Positions 30,955 through 41,097 of a stretch of DNA of 64,000 nucleotides are shown piece after piece; position 1 is the first letter of the stretch; the number at the start of each line of letters is the position of its first letter. The DNA is from Leptonemataceae bacterium (GTDB lineage: Bacteria; Spirochaetota; Leptospiria; Leptospirales; Leptonemataceae), in the NCBI GenBank assembly GCA_965227295.1, contig OZ245742.1, positions 5,408,001 to 5,472,000 on the forward strand. Direction: 5' to 3'. Under the pieces are notes generated by a model. It was not told the DNA's origin, did no database searches, and worked only from the letters and a program-made list of their open reading frames with translations. Made by a program: the position numbers and the translations under genes.

Positions 30955-33900
30955 TTAGAATCGCACGTCACCGATACCGAAGACGAACTCAAAGTCTTCG
31001 TCACCCGGGATGGGCTTGAGAGTCCCACCCCGGTAGTAGAGCTTCTGCGCCAGGAACAAGCGCAACGGGAGCACCGGAATTTGAATGCGCAGACCGAAGC
31101 CCCAGGAGTAGAGCGCCCGATCCAGGGCTACGTTGCGCGAAGACAGCACGGCTCGCTTCGGATTGTTCCAGTCGTAGAGAGACTCGAAGTGATACTCCTG
31201 AGCAAAAAACGTCAGCGGATCCGCGCGGTCAATCTGAAGGGCAATGATCGGGTCGGTGCGGGCCCGGGCCAGGTTCTGGATTTCTTCGTAGTTTTCGGCG
31301 TCATCTTTTAAGTCACCGGTGTACTCGCCCAGGTTGTCGAAAAGCGCGCCGCTATCCAGGAAGGCGACGAGCCAGAGGATCGACGGTTCCACCGGAATCC
31401 GCAGTTCCGTCGAGCCGAGAAGCATGTGATTGCCGCCGTCGCGCCATACGGCAGGATACAGGTTGTCCTGCGGATCGAAACCGCGCAACGTATTGAAGCC
31501 GCCGAGGTACAGGCGGTCTTCCGGTTCAATGAACGGGTTTTTCTCTTTGTCCTGATTGCTGTTAAACGGCGCGGTCTCGTGGGTGAACGTACCTTTGAGG
31601 CGAACTTCCTGTACGACGCGCCAGCGCTTGAGCGTATTAGAACGCAAGAGGCCGAAGAACGTGTAGTCGAACCACCACCAGTAATAGTTGTACGAAGCCG
31701 TGTAGCGGTTGTAATGATCTTCTCCGCCCAGGGCCTGACCGACGATCTCCACGGAGTGATTCGCGCGAAAGCCCTGCGTGGGATTGAAGACGTTGTCGAT
31801 GGTGTTGTAGATGACACCGTTCGTAAGACTGGACTTGAACTGCCAGCCCAGTTCCACTTCCTGCAAGACGGCGTTGTTCGCGAGCGAAGTCGGGCGCGAC
31901 GCCACCGACCAGGACGGGCTGTAAGAATGATAGTGGGCCCAGTTCACCAGGAACGAGTGCGAGGTGCCGATCTCCAGACCGAAACGGTTCCGTTCGAACG
32001 AGGCTTCTTCGAAAAGATCGTTCGGGTCGAAGCTGACCTGCAGCGGGCTCACGTCTTCGAAGATGATCGACTGATAAAACGCTCCCAATCTCAACGACCA
32101 CGGCCGCGGGAAGCTGCGATAACAATCGGTCTCTTCTTCGACGTACGGCCGGATGATGTTCCGCACGCGCACCTTGATGCGATCCAGGGATTCCACGGAC
32201 TGACCGTCTTCGATGGCCGTGTTTACCAGGCGGATGATTTCCTGACCGGTGCCGCGATACTGGTTCTGCAGGGTGTCCGCGATCTTCACGATCGTGGCGA
32301 GGTCTTCGGCTTCGTCGAATTCCTCCTGCTTGTTGCGCCAGAACGAACCGGTGGAGTCCTGACAGGCCTCATAAAACCAGGGATCCGTCCACTCGATGCC
32401 CACGGAGCGGCGCAGCGGCCCGTATTCGAGGCGGCCGGAAACGTTTTGGCCGGTACCGTTGAGGTTGCGCTCGCCGAGTTCGGTGAAGATCGAAAAACCG
32501 GACTGCGTTCCGTAACCACCGCCCACGGAGATCGTTCCCGTGGGTTGCTCGACGACGTCGAGAATCAGGTTCATCTGATCCTCCGCGGAGCCGGGGCGAA
32601 TTTGCAGGTTCACTTCTTTGAAGTAACCCAGGTTGATTAACTTCTCACGACTACGATTTACCAGGGCAGAGTTAAAGAGCTGCCCCTCTTTCACCAGAAG
32701 TTCGCGTCGGATCACGTTTTCCTGGGTCTTCACGTAACCCTTGATGATGATGTTTTCGATGTAGGCCAGGCCGTTTTCGCGAACGACGAAGTGCACGTGC
32801 CGGAGCGTGCGGCCTTCTTCTTCCGGATTCTCCACCAGGTATTCGCGCATGCCCTCAAGATCCAGCCACTCCGCCTCGGCCTGGCAACGAATGTCGCCGG
32901 GATCGGTGGGATCTTCATAGGCGAGGCATGCCTCGTACTTTTCAATGTTCTCCGAGGTAAGCGGAACGTTGACGTAGACCGGAGAAATCTGGGCGAAGAC
33001 GTAACCCTGGGTCGAATAAAGTTCCTGCAGCGTGCCACGATCGCGAAAGAAACGCCCTTCATCGAAGACCGCACCCACGTCGTCGTCCACGAACTCCATG
33101 GCGTTAAGGAGTGTGTCCGGTTTGTAGATCGGCCGGAGTTGCTCTTTACTTGTGATGTTGCGTTCCGGCGGGTTGAGTTCTTCGTTGATGCCCCGCGGAT
33201 CGTGTTCCAGGGAGTAACCGCCGAAATAGCTGATTTCGCCCTCGTTGAGTTTGTAGGTGACGATGACCACGCGTCCCTCTTCGGGTCGGCGCGGGCTCAC
33301 GTAGCGAATCTCGTACCCCGTGGCCCGGGGATCGATCTCGGCGTCGAGGAAACCGTTGCTCTTGGCGTAGGCCAGAATTTTGAACTTGTCTTCTTCGAAG
33401 GTGCCTTCCTGGAAGATACCCTCGTCGAGCAGGCCGGACTCCTGCTGGTCCATCACGTTCAGGATGTCTTCCGGATCCAGGCGCTTCGTGCCCAGGATGT
33501 TGATGCGGGAGATGGGGATGTTCTCGCCCTCGTCCACGACGTAGGAGACCACCACCCGATTCGTATTGGGATTTACATCGCCGATGCGAAACCAGGCCTC
33601 CGCAAGGAAGAAACCTTCTTCGCGGTACTTGTTTTCGAGGAGTTGCACGCCGTGCTTCACTTTCTGAACGGAGAGCACGTCCCCTTCGCGAAAGTCCAGG
33701 GAGGACTTCACATCCGGAATGGCCAACTCCTCGACCCCCAGAAACTTGATATCGCTGATGCGCGGGAGCTCTTTCACCTCATAGGTGATGATCACGGTAT
33801 CTGCGGCGCTGAGGCGGACCCGCATGACGACATTCGCGAAGTTGCCGGTATTAAAGAGGGCCTTCAGGTCCTGGTTGAAGGCCTCTTCGCTCAGCGGCTG

Positions 33901-34131
33901 GCCGATCTGCGTGAGGAGCAGGGGGTAGAGGTCATCGGCGGTGACGTTCCGCAGCCCGACGAACTGCACGTCTTCCACGGTCTTGCCGACGTAACCGCCC
34001 GGCTGAGAACCGAGAGGCAGCAGGTACACCGCGACCGCGATCAACGTACACAGGGCCGCAACCCCGAGAACCGGGCCCTTTTGCAGAGAGATTCGGGGAG
34101 AGCGGCGGATTGTCGGAAATCCGTCTTTCAA
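30955..34131 (-). CDS. bamA: Outer membrane protein assembly factor BamA
   Basis: POTRA repeats (KT.ENVIRREL), TGTISVGGGYG, LGGFNTLRGF, C-terminal FVFGIGDVRF. Confidence 0.92.
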   Translation of the reverse strand: MKDGFPTIRRSPRISLQKGPVLGVAALCTLIAVAVYLLPLGSQPGGYVGKTVEDVQFVGLRNVTADDLYPLLLTQIGQPLSEEAFNQDLKALFNTGNFANVVMRVRLSAADTVIITYEVKELPRISDIKFLGVEELAIPDVKSSLDFREGDVLSVQKVKHGVQLLENKYREEGFFLAEAWFRIGDVNPNTNRVVVSYVVDEGENIPISRINILGTKRLDPEDILNVMDQQESGLLDEGIFQEGTFEEDKFKILAYAKSNGFLDAEIDPRATGYEIRYVSPRRPEEGRVVIVTYKLNEGEISYFGGYSLEHDPRGINEELNPPERNITSKEQLRPIYKPDTLLNAMEFVDDDVGAVFDEGRFFRDRGTLQELYSTQGYVFAQISPVYVNVPLTSENIEKYEACLAYEDPTDPGDIRCQAEAEWLDLEGMREYLVENPEEEGRTLRHVHFVVRENGLAYIENIIIKGYVKTQENVIRRELLVKEGQLFNSALVNRSREKLINLGYFKEVNLQIRPGSAEDQMNLILDVVEQPTGTISVGGGYGTQSGFSIFTELGERNLNGTGQNVSGRLEYGPLRRSVGIEWTDPWFYEACQDSTGSFWRNKQEEFDEAEDLATIVKIADTLQNQYRGTGQEIIRLVNTAIEDGQSVESLDRIKVRVRNIIRPYVEEETDCYRSFPRPWSLRLGAFYQSIIFEDVSPLQVSFDPNDLFEEASFERNRFGLEIGTSHSFLVNWAHYHSYSPSWSVASRPTSLANNAVLQEVELGWQFKSSLTNGVIYNTIDNVFNPTQGFRANHSVEIVGQALGGEDHYNRYTASYNYYWWWFDYTFFGLLRSNTLKRWRVVQEVRLKGTFTHETAPFNSNQDKEKNPFIEPEDRLYLGGFNTLRGFDPQDNLYPAVWRDGGNHMLLGSTELRIPVEPSILWLVAFLDSGALFDNLGEYTGDLKDDAENYEEIQNLARARTDPIIALQIDRADPLTFFAQEYHFESLYDWNNPKRAVLSSRNVALDRALYSWGFGLRIQIPVLPLRLFLAQKLYYRGGTLKPIPGDEDFEFVFGIGDVRF

Positions 34132-34310
34132 AGGAGGATAGCCATCCGGAAATTCACCGGGCGTCCCGGTGTATCCAGAAAATAATTTACCGGATGTCCG
34201 TCATCCTTAATTCACTGACAATCAAACGAGACCCCGCGCGGATTTTTCGGGGAGCCGGCAATTTTTTCGTGAACTCCGGAGCTGTGGCTCGCGTCCGCCG
34301 CGGCGGGGAT

Positions 34311-34387
34311 AAAAAAAATCCGGCGGGCTTTCCGTGTAAGCATGGTACGCATTGCGCGTGAGGAGGGTTTCGGGGAAAGCCCGCCGG
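34311..34387 (-). terminator. Large-loop stem followed by T-run downstream of recN
   Basis: 14-bp inverted repeat CCGGCGGGCTTTCC / GGAAAGCCCGCCGG with about 40-nt loop, then 8 T on the minus strand. Confidence 0.55.
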
Positions 34388-34413
34388 GACTGTGCTTCCT
34401 GCGGGATGTAGAA

Positions 34414-36141
34414 TTAAGAAGCCATACTGCGATCGTTCTTCTCGCTTTTTTTCTCCAGGAGGCGCCGCGCGTGCTCGTAGACGACAGAGCCCGTGGCATC
34501 GCCGCCGAGCATCCGCGCCATTTCGCGGAGGCGTTCTTCTCCCTGGAGCCGCCGCACACGTGTGGTGGTCCGGCCTTCGCGCTGCTCTTTGCGAATGCGA
34601 AAATGCTGATCCGCCAGGCTGGCGATCTGGTGCAGGTGGGTGACCACCAGGACCTGGCTCTGGCCGGCAAGACGCTGGAGACGATTGCCGATGGTGTGGG
34701 CGACTTCGCCGCCGACACCGGCGTCCACCTCGTCGAAGACCACGGTCGGCGTGGGCCGATGTGCAAAAAAGATGCTCTTTAAGGCGAGGGTGATTCGGGA
34801 AAGCTCGCCGCCACTGGCCACTTTTCGCAGCGGCTGCAGGGGCTCGCCGGCGTTGGCAGCGAGCAAGAATTCCACGCGGTCCAGGCCCTTTTCGTGAATG
34901 AGATGGCGATGCGGCCCCTCCCCGCGCGTGTCCGGGTCCACTTCCCGGCGGACGCTGACCTGAATGCGAGCACCCGGCATGCCCAGATGCCCGAGTTCCG
35001 CGGCGATCTGCTCCTCCAGATGCGAGACAACGGAACGACGGCGACGGGAAAGATCCTCCGCGCGATCGTAGAGTTCCCCGGCCGTAATCTGTAACCGGGA
35101 GCGCAGTTCTTCCAGTTCCTCCTCGCTCATTTCAATAGACGACAGCTCACGCAGGTAGCGATCCCGGGCCAGGAGCACGCTTTTCGTGCTTCCGCCGTAT
35201 TTCTTGTGGAGGCGCTGATAGCCGGAGAGTCGTTCTTCGATGTCTTCGAGGCGCTCCGGAGAAAACTGCAGCCGGTCCTTTTGTTCACGGAGCCAGTCCG
35301 CCGTAGCTTCCAGGGCATACAGGCTTTCGCTGAGATTCCCGAGATGTTCATCGATGCCGCCGATGAGGTCCTGGTGGCGGACAAGCAGGTTGTGCACGGT
35401 ATCCAGGCGGTCCAGAACGGAGTGGTCCTCCTCCCGGAGGGCGCTGTATGCCGCGCAGAGATCCGAAAACAAACGACCGCTGTTCTGAATGAGCGCCTTT
35501 TCCTGCTGGAGTTCTTCGTACTCTTTTTCCCGCGGCTCGAAACCTTCAATGTCGTCCAGGGCAAACTTGAGAAAGTCGAGGCGCTGTTCGCGCTCGTCCG
35601 CCTCCAGCGTGACCGAACGGAGCCGGTTCTTTAAGTGTTGAAAGCGATGATAGAGTTCCGCCGTTTCGTGGCGGAGCTCCGTGGTACCCGCGAAAAGATC
35701 CAGGCTGTCCAGATGGTTCTCCGGATCCAGGATGCGCTGGTGTTCGTGCTGGCCGTGGATTTCCAGGAGGTGCGCGGCAAGGCTGCGAATGACACCGAGC
35801 GTCGTGGGGCTGCCGTTCACGTAGGCCTTACCGCGACCGTCCGCGCTGATTTCCCGCCGCAGTTCCAGGTAGGCATCCTGCGCGGAGATCTTCTTCTCTT
35901 CTAAAATAGAACGGACCACCCCGGCGGCGCCGATTTCGAAGAGGGCTTCCACCACCGCCCGATGGGAACCCGAACGCACCAGGCCCGCGCCGGCCCGGGC
36001 GCCCAGCACCACGTCCAGCGCGGTCAGCAAGAGGCTTTTGCCCGACCCGGTTTCACCGGTGACGGCGTTGAGGCCCGGGCCGGGGCGGATGCGTAGTTCG
36101 TCGATGATCCCGAAATTTTCGATTTTGAGTTCGAGCAGCAT
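34414..36141 (-). CDS. recN: DNA repair protein RecN
   Basis: TGETGSGKS, EIHGQHEHQ, KVASGGELSR, FDEVDAGVGG, VTHLHQIA. Confidence 0.96.
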   Translation of the reverse strand: MLLELKIENFGIIDELRIRPGPGLNAVTGETGSGKSLLLTALDVVLGARAGAGLVRSGSHRAVVEALFEIGAAGVVRSILEEKKISAQDAYLELRREISADGRGKAYVNGSPTTLGVIRSLAAHLLEIHGQHEHQRILDPENHLDSLDLFAGTTELRHETAELYHRFQHLKNRLRSVTLEADEREQRLDFLKFALDDIEGFEPREKEYEELQQEKALIQNSGRLFSDLCAAYSALREEDHSVLDRLDTVHNLLVRHQDLIGGIDEHLGNLSESLYALEATADWLREQKDRLQFSPERLEDIEERLSGYQRLHKKYGGSTKSVLLARDRYLRELSSIEMSEEELEELRSRLQITAGELYDRAEDLSRRRRSVVSHLEEQIAAELGHLGMPGARIQVSVRREVDPDTRGEGPHRHLIHEKGLDRVEFLLAANAGEPLQPLRKVASGGELSRITLALKSIFFAHRPTPTVVFDEVDAGVGGEVAHTIGNRLQRLAGQSQVLVVTHLHQIASLADQHFRIRKEQREGRTTTRVRRLQGEERLREMARMLGGDATGSVVYEHARRLLEKKSEKNDRSMAS

Positions 36142-36304
36142 GCGGACATAATACAACACTACTCAAAAGTTATGCAATCAAAATTTTATGTCACCCAGGG
36201 GATTTCTCCTCCGGCGGGACACTTTTGCAAAACCTGCTGTAACCCGGGAAGGAACGGAAATTCTAAACATAGTACAAATTATCTTATAACTCGGAGGAAT
36301 GATC

Positions 36305-36694
36305 ATGTATATCGCAACTTTGATCGCCCGCGTCCTGCTGGGCCTGGGCTTCCTGGTCTTCGGACTGAACTACTGGCTGAACTTCATCGCCCCGCCACCG
36401 ATGGGCGAGCAGGCGGGAGCCTTCATGGGCGCCGTCTACGGCTCCGGCATGCTCGGCGTCGTCAAGGTCATCGAGGTAACCGGCGGGGCTCTGGTGCTGG
36501 CAAGCATCGCGCTGAAGAAGTACGCCCCTCTGGGCGTCAGCCTCCTCACACCGGTCACGGTGACGATCGTGCTGTTTCACATTTTTATGGATCCGGCCAA
36601 CCTGGTCGTACCGGCGGTCTTCTTGATCCTGGAAGGCTTCTTAATCGTCGCCTACTGGGACAACTTCCGCGGCATTTTCGAAGGCCACGCATAA
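36305..36694 (+). CDS. DoxX family membrane protein
   Basis: ARVLLGL.FLVFGLN, EVTGG; GGAGG RBS. Confidence 0.8.
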   Translation: MYIATLIARVLLGLGFLVFGLNYWLNFIAPPPMGEQAGAFMGAVYGSGMLGVVKVIEVTGGALVLASIALKKYAPLGVSLLTPVTVTIVLFHIFMDPANLVVPAVFLILEGFLIVAYWDNFRGIFEGHA

Positions 36695-36727
36695 ACGAAC
36701 GCCTTTCGTACGCGACCGGGCCACATC

Positions 36728-39526
36728 TTACGTGGTCCGGTCTTCCGAATCTTCCAGCAACCGCAGCATTTCAGCCTTCTTCGGCACGCCCCCGGCACCA
36801 TCGCCCTCCCCGGCGGCAAACATTCGATCAAACAACACACGTTTGCGCCGCTGCAATTCCAGGACCTTTTCTTCTATTGTATGTTCCGCGATCAAACGGT
36901 AGACGAACACCGGCCGCTGCTGGCCCATCCGGTGCACCCGATCCGTAGCCTGGCGCTCCGCCGCGGGATTCCACCAGGGATCCAGATGAATAACCGTATC
37001 GGCGCGATGCAACGTGAACGCCGTGCCCCCGGCCTTCAGGCTGATCAGTAACACGAAGTACCGGCCGGCCTGAAACTCCCGAACGATCTTCTCACGCCGC
37101 CGCGCCGGGGTCTGCCCGTCGATGCGCGCAAATTCCAGTCCCAGGGATTTCAGCAGCGTTTCGGCGATATCCAGGGCGTCGGTGAACTGACTGAAGATCA
37201 GGATCCCCGCCGCGGAGTTACGCAGTTCGGTGAGCATGTTCGTAAGATGCAGAAACTTTCCGGACAATGCCGGGTCCGCCGCGCGCCCGCGATCGAGTTG
37301 CGGGTGGCAGGCCAGCCGGCGCAACCGCATGAGTTGCGGCAGGATCTTCGCGACATAGTCGGAGCCGTCGTTGTTCATGCGACGGACCTCGCGCACTGCC
37401 GCCCGCCGGGCGTTTTCATAAAGGACACGCTGGCGTTTTTCCAGAGCGATGACGATGCCGGCCTCCGACAACGGCGGCAGTTCTTTAAGAACGTCACCGC
37501 GATGGCGTCGTAAGAGAAACGGCCGAATGCGCGCGCGCAGATCGCCAAGGTCCGCATCGTCTCGACGATAACGACGCAAGTAGGCCGCGCGCTTTTCCAG
37601 TAAACCGGGCAACACCAGATCAAACAACGACCACAGCTCGGCCAGATCGTTTTCGATGGGTGTGCCCGTGAGCGCGATGATCGAACGCGCGCGTACCTGG
37701 CGCAGTGCGCGCGCGGATTTGGAACGATGATTGCGAACGTGCTGGGCCTCGTCTACGAGTACGGCGGCGAAGGGCTGCGTCAGCGGAGAGGATGATTCCG
37801 CGGATTCCGTGAGATCGCGGCTCAGTGTGGTGAACGTGGTCAGGATGATTCCTCCGCCCCGTGTTTTCTGCGCCTGTCGCCGCTCCGGACCGTGATGCAC
37901 ATGCAAGGGCAGATCCGGTACGAACTGCTCCGCCGCGGATCGCCAGACGCCAAGGGCAGCCGGCGGGCCGACGACCAGGAACTTCGACTTCGTTTCGCGC
38001 GCATACAACTCGGCCAGAAACGCGAGGCCCTGGATCGTTTTGCCGAGGCCCATGTCGTCCGCCAGGATTCCGCCGGCTCCGCATTCGTAGAGATCCAGGA
38101 GAAAACCGAGGCCGTCTTTCTGGTACGGGCGCAGCTTCCCTCGAAAACCGCGGGGCTTCGGGCGACGACGGCCGGCCCGCGCGGGAACATCGTCCGAGCG
38201 CAGCCGGGCAATGAGATCGGGGATCCGTGACTGCTTCGGTAGTTCCAGGTCTGCGGCATCCAGGGCCGCCCCCAGGCGCGCCACCTCCGCGGGCAACATC
38301 CGACCGATCTTTTCGTCCAGCTTCCGGTCGATTTCGCGGAGTGCCGCACGCAGCCGTTGCAGGCTCGCATCATTCACACGCAGCCACTCACCGTTCGTGA
38401 GCCGCGCAAACTCCCGCCGCTCCCGAATCGCCGCCATCACCGCGGCCCGATCTTCCGCGCTCAGCCCCGTGATCCGTAGATGGCCTTCGAGCCAGGCGCT
38501 GACCGCGCCGTGCTTCGTTACAGTCGATTCGAATCGCAATCCCGGACGATAGCGCGACTCACCGCCGGGACGCAAGCCGGCGAGATCGCGATGCAACCGC
38601 ACCCGAACACCGGTCGCTTCGAGTTCCGGCAGGCGATCCAGAAACTCCGCCGTCCGGCCGGCGGCGGGCCGGTATTCGCCGGAGGGCAACCGTACCGGCA
38701 AGGGCAGGTCCCCTTTCAGAAGCCGGCCTTCAGCTTCCGGGCTGCGCCGGGCAAGCCGGCCGTGCTCATCGCTTTCATAAAAGTCGCGGGCCGGCGAGAG
38801 CGGAAACACGGCGACCTCCTCGCTATCCGCCGCTCCCGTGTAAGCGAACTGGAGGCGTGCCAGCAACTGCAGGCGCCGCGATGAAGCCAGCGGCTCCAGC
38901 GAAAGCAAGTACAACGGGCCGATCGTGTGGGGTTCCGGGAGCAGATCGCCGTAGTCCAGGCCTTCGACTCCCGCCTGCAGCCAGCGCTCCCGGGACGCAA
39001 GGACGTCCGCGAGACGCAGCTCGCGGAGGAAAGCGGTTCGCACGGCCTCAAGCTCCGGTGGCCAATTGAGGGCGTAGATCTCCTCGGTCTTGTAGGAACT
39101 CCTACGGGAATGGCCCCAAAATACCGCGGCCCCGGCCGGAATTACCTCGTACTGATCCTGGTTTTTGTTCGCGGGTACCAATGGGAGGATGGCATAGCCC
39201 GTGGCTGTCTCCCGGAGCTCGGCGCTGACCGTTCGCGGCGGGCCGGGTCGCAGCCGTTGATCGTTCGGGGCGCCCCGGATCTCCACGCCCTGTAGGAACT
39301 TCGACACCGCAGAGCGGCGCAGGAGTCCGGCCAGTTCCCGGGCCGGCACCCGGCCGCCACGGGATCGCGCAAGCCAGGCGCGCACCGTCTCCCGAAACAC
39401 CGGGGCCAGACGATGAGCTTCCCCGGCCCGGGCGAGGGACGGCGACAGCGTTCCGTTCGGATCGCGTGTATGGCAGGTAAAATGGGTTCCGTCGCCGGCA
39501 ATGCGGAGGACGAGAGGCGCGCTCAC
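36728..39526 (-). CDS. SNF2-family (DEAD/DEAH-like) helicase/ATPase
   Basis: LRPYQ, LADDMGLGKT, DEAQ, LTGTPIEN, FSQF, DPWWNPA.E.QATDR.HR.GQ. Confidence 0.92.
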   Translation of the reverse strand: MSAPLVLRIAGDGTHFTCHTRDPNGTLSPSLARAGEAHRLAPVFRETVRAWLARSRGGRVPARELAGLLRRSAVSKFLQGVEIRGAPNDQRLRPGPPRTVSAELRETATGYAILPLVPANKNQDQYEVIPAGAAVFWGHSRRSSYKTEEIYALNWPPELEAVRTAFLRELRLADVLASRERWLQAGVEGLDYGDLLPEPHTIGPLYLLSLEPLASSRRLQLLARLQFAYTGAADSEEVAVFPLSPARDFYESDEHGRLARRSPEAEGRLLKGDLPLPVRLPSGEYRPAAGRTAEFLDRLPELEATGVRVRLHRDLAGLRPGGESRYRPGLRFESTVTKHGAVSAWLEGHLRITGLSAEDRAAVMAAIRERREFARLTNGEWLRVNDASLQRLRAALREIDRKLDEKIGRMLPAEVARLGAALDAADLELPKQSRIPDLIARLRSDDVPARAGRRRPKPRGFRGKLRPYQKDGLGFLLDLYECGAGGILADDMGLGKTIQGLAFLAELYARETKSKFLVVGPPAALGVWRSAAEQFVPDLPLHVHHGPERRQAQKTRGGGIILTTFTTLSRDLTESAESSSPLTQPFAAVLVDEAQHVRNHRSKSARALRQVRARSIIALTGTPIENDLAELWSLFDLVLPGLLEKRAAYLRRYRRDDADLGDLRARIRPFLLRRHRGDVLKELPPLSEAGIVIALEKRQRVLYENARRAAVREVRRMNNDGSDYVAKILPQLMRLRRLACHPQLDRGRAADPALSGKFLHLTNMLTELRNSAAGILIFSQFTDALDIAETLLKSLGLEFARIDGQTPARRREKIVREFQAGRYFVLLISLKAGGTAFTLHRADTVIHLDPWWNPAAERQATDRVHRMGQQRPVFVYRLIAEHTIEEKVLELQRRKRVLFDRMFAAGEGDGAGGVPKKAEMLRLLEDSEDRTT

Positions 39527-39537
39527 GGGCGCGGGAC

Positions 39538-39876
39538 CTAGACCGAGAAGCTCGCGACGGCTTCGTCGACGGTGTCGTAAATCTGGAAGAGGGTGTCGAG
39601 TTTCGTGATAGCCATTACTTCCCGGCCGCTCTGATGCATGGATGCGAGCACGAGTCGACCCTTCAGTTTTTTCAGTTCCTGGGAGAAGCCGATGAGGGCG
39701 CCCAGGCCGCTGGAAGAAATGAGCGTCACATCCTGCATGTTAAAGACCAGGTGCAGGAGGCCTTCCTTTGCCCAGCCTTCAAAGTGCGCGTTCAGGCCGC
39801 GCAACGAGTGGAGGTTCATGGGTCCTTCCAGGTCAACGACGAGAACGTTGCCGACCTGGCGCGAGTTGACTGCCAT
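39538..39876 (-). CDS. STAS domain anti-sigma factor antagonist
   Basis: VFNMQDVTLISSSGLGAL. Confidence 0.88.
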   Translation of the reverse strand: MAVNSRQVGNVLVVDLEGPMNLHSLRGLNAHFEGWAKEGLLHLVFNMQDVTLISSSGLGALIGFSQELKKLKGRLVLASMHQSGREVMAITKLDTLFQIYDTVDEAVASFSV

Positions 39877-40040
39877 GCCTTTTCTGGGGAGATTCTGTTC
39901 CGGCGTTGCCACGGGTCTACCTGATCTATCAAGATATGCCGAAGGTCCCCTGCCTGTCAAAGGGGAATTGCGCCGACCGACGCGTTCCGGGCAGTAACGA
40001 TTTACACGACAGAGGGAACTGATTTTCTGTCAGCGTTCGC

Positions 40041-41072
40041 ATGTCCGAAACGAATCTCATCCTGGAAGAGGCCAACCCGTACGGCACCCGCATTGCCGTC
40101 GTCGAAAACGACGGCCGCACCGTGTATTTGTACCTGAGTCCGCCGGAAGATCTCCCCGGTGACGTGCACGCCGTATGGCTGCGTAACCTGACGGCTGCAC
40201 CGGAAGACACCGATCGCGAGGCAATGCAGGCCGGACGCGCTCCCTTGCTACGACGGTCGGCCTGCCGACATCCGGACGGCCGCGTGCCTCCGGAGGCGAA
40301 GGATCTGGATCTGGTCTGGTTCAGTGAAGGCAGCGGTGTGGCACTCTATCTGAACGGCGAACTGGAAGCGCTGATCCCACCCTGGGCCGGCGTGGACGGC
40401 TTCCAGGGCTACGCCCGCGAAGCGAAGGAATCTGACGCGGGGACTCTACCGCTACCGGATCGCAAAGACAACGCGGCACTCTTTGATCGCGTGGAAGAGA
40501 ACCTGCGCTTCTGGACCGAACGTTCGGCGAAAGAACACTGGCCGAACTTTCGCGATCGTCTGCTTGCGGCCTACGAAAAAGCCTACGGCCCGCATAAGAA
40601 CTACTACGCCTTGCAGGACCGCAAGTATCCGCCCCTGGCCGTGGCCGAGTTTGAAATCGAAGACGGCCTGCTCTACGCCACCGTGGGTATGTCGAATCAA
40701 AACATGCCGGGCGTGGAACGGCGCCAGGTCCGCGATCCTTACTCCGTTGTGCGCACGGAGATTCTTTCGTACACCGCGGAGCGCCGGGAATGGTTGCCGG
40801 GGCTGCTCGGGCGCATGGCGATTCTCCCCTGGCTCACCGGCGACTTCATGGCCCACGGCCACACCTACGAATCCGGACTGGAACAGGCGGACGCGGACTT
40901 CGTTTTGACGAACGAATTCGATCGCCTGGGTCTGCGCGCTCCGGAACAGATGGTCCTCGACGAGCTGTACCCGATCAACTGGCTGCTCGCGATTCCGATC
41001 CCCCAGGAGTTCCTCATGGTCGCGAAAGTAAAGGGCGCGCAGCACGTCCTCGAAAAACTCTACGTTAAGTGA
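40041..41072 (+). CDS. Suppressor-of-fused (SUFU) domain protein
   Basis: VENDGRTVYLYL N-terminus; YATVGMSNQNMP, P..TG....GHT. Confidence 0.75.
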   Translation: MSETNLILEEANPYGTRIAVVENDGRTVYLYLSPPEDLPGDVHAVWLRNLTAAPEDTDREAMQAGRAPLLRRSACRHPDGRVPPEAKDLDLVWFSEGSGVALYLNGELEALIPPWAGVDGFQGYAREAKESDAGTLPLPDRKDNAALFDRVEENLRFWTERSAKEHWPNFRDRLLAAYEKAYGPHKNYYALQDRKYPPLAVAEFEIEDGLLYATVGMSNQNMPGVERRQVRDPYSVVRTEILSYTAERREWLPGLLGRMAILPWLTGDFMAHGHTYESGLEQADADFVLTNEFDRLGLRAPEQMVLDELYPINWLLAIPIPQEFLMVAKVKGAQHVLEKLYVK

Positions 41073-41097
41073 ATATTCGAACAAGTTAGTAAGTAAT

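Noticed and set aside
21710..34185. Long antisense ORFs opposite guaB, CaiB, msbA and bamA
   Set aside because: Typical stop-poor antisense frames in high-GC coding DNA; no recognisable motifs
36142..36290. LexA box upstream of recN
   Set aside because: No TTTG-N5-CAAA (Leptospira-type) or CTG-N10-CAG box recognised; only a short TTTTGCAAAA palindrome
36728..39526. SNF2 helicase as part of a defence system
   Set aside because: Neighbours are STAS and DoxX genes; no methylase or nuclease partner adjacent
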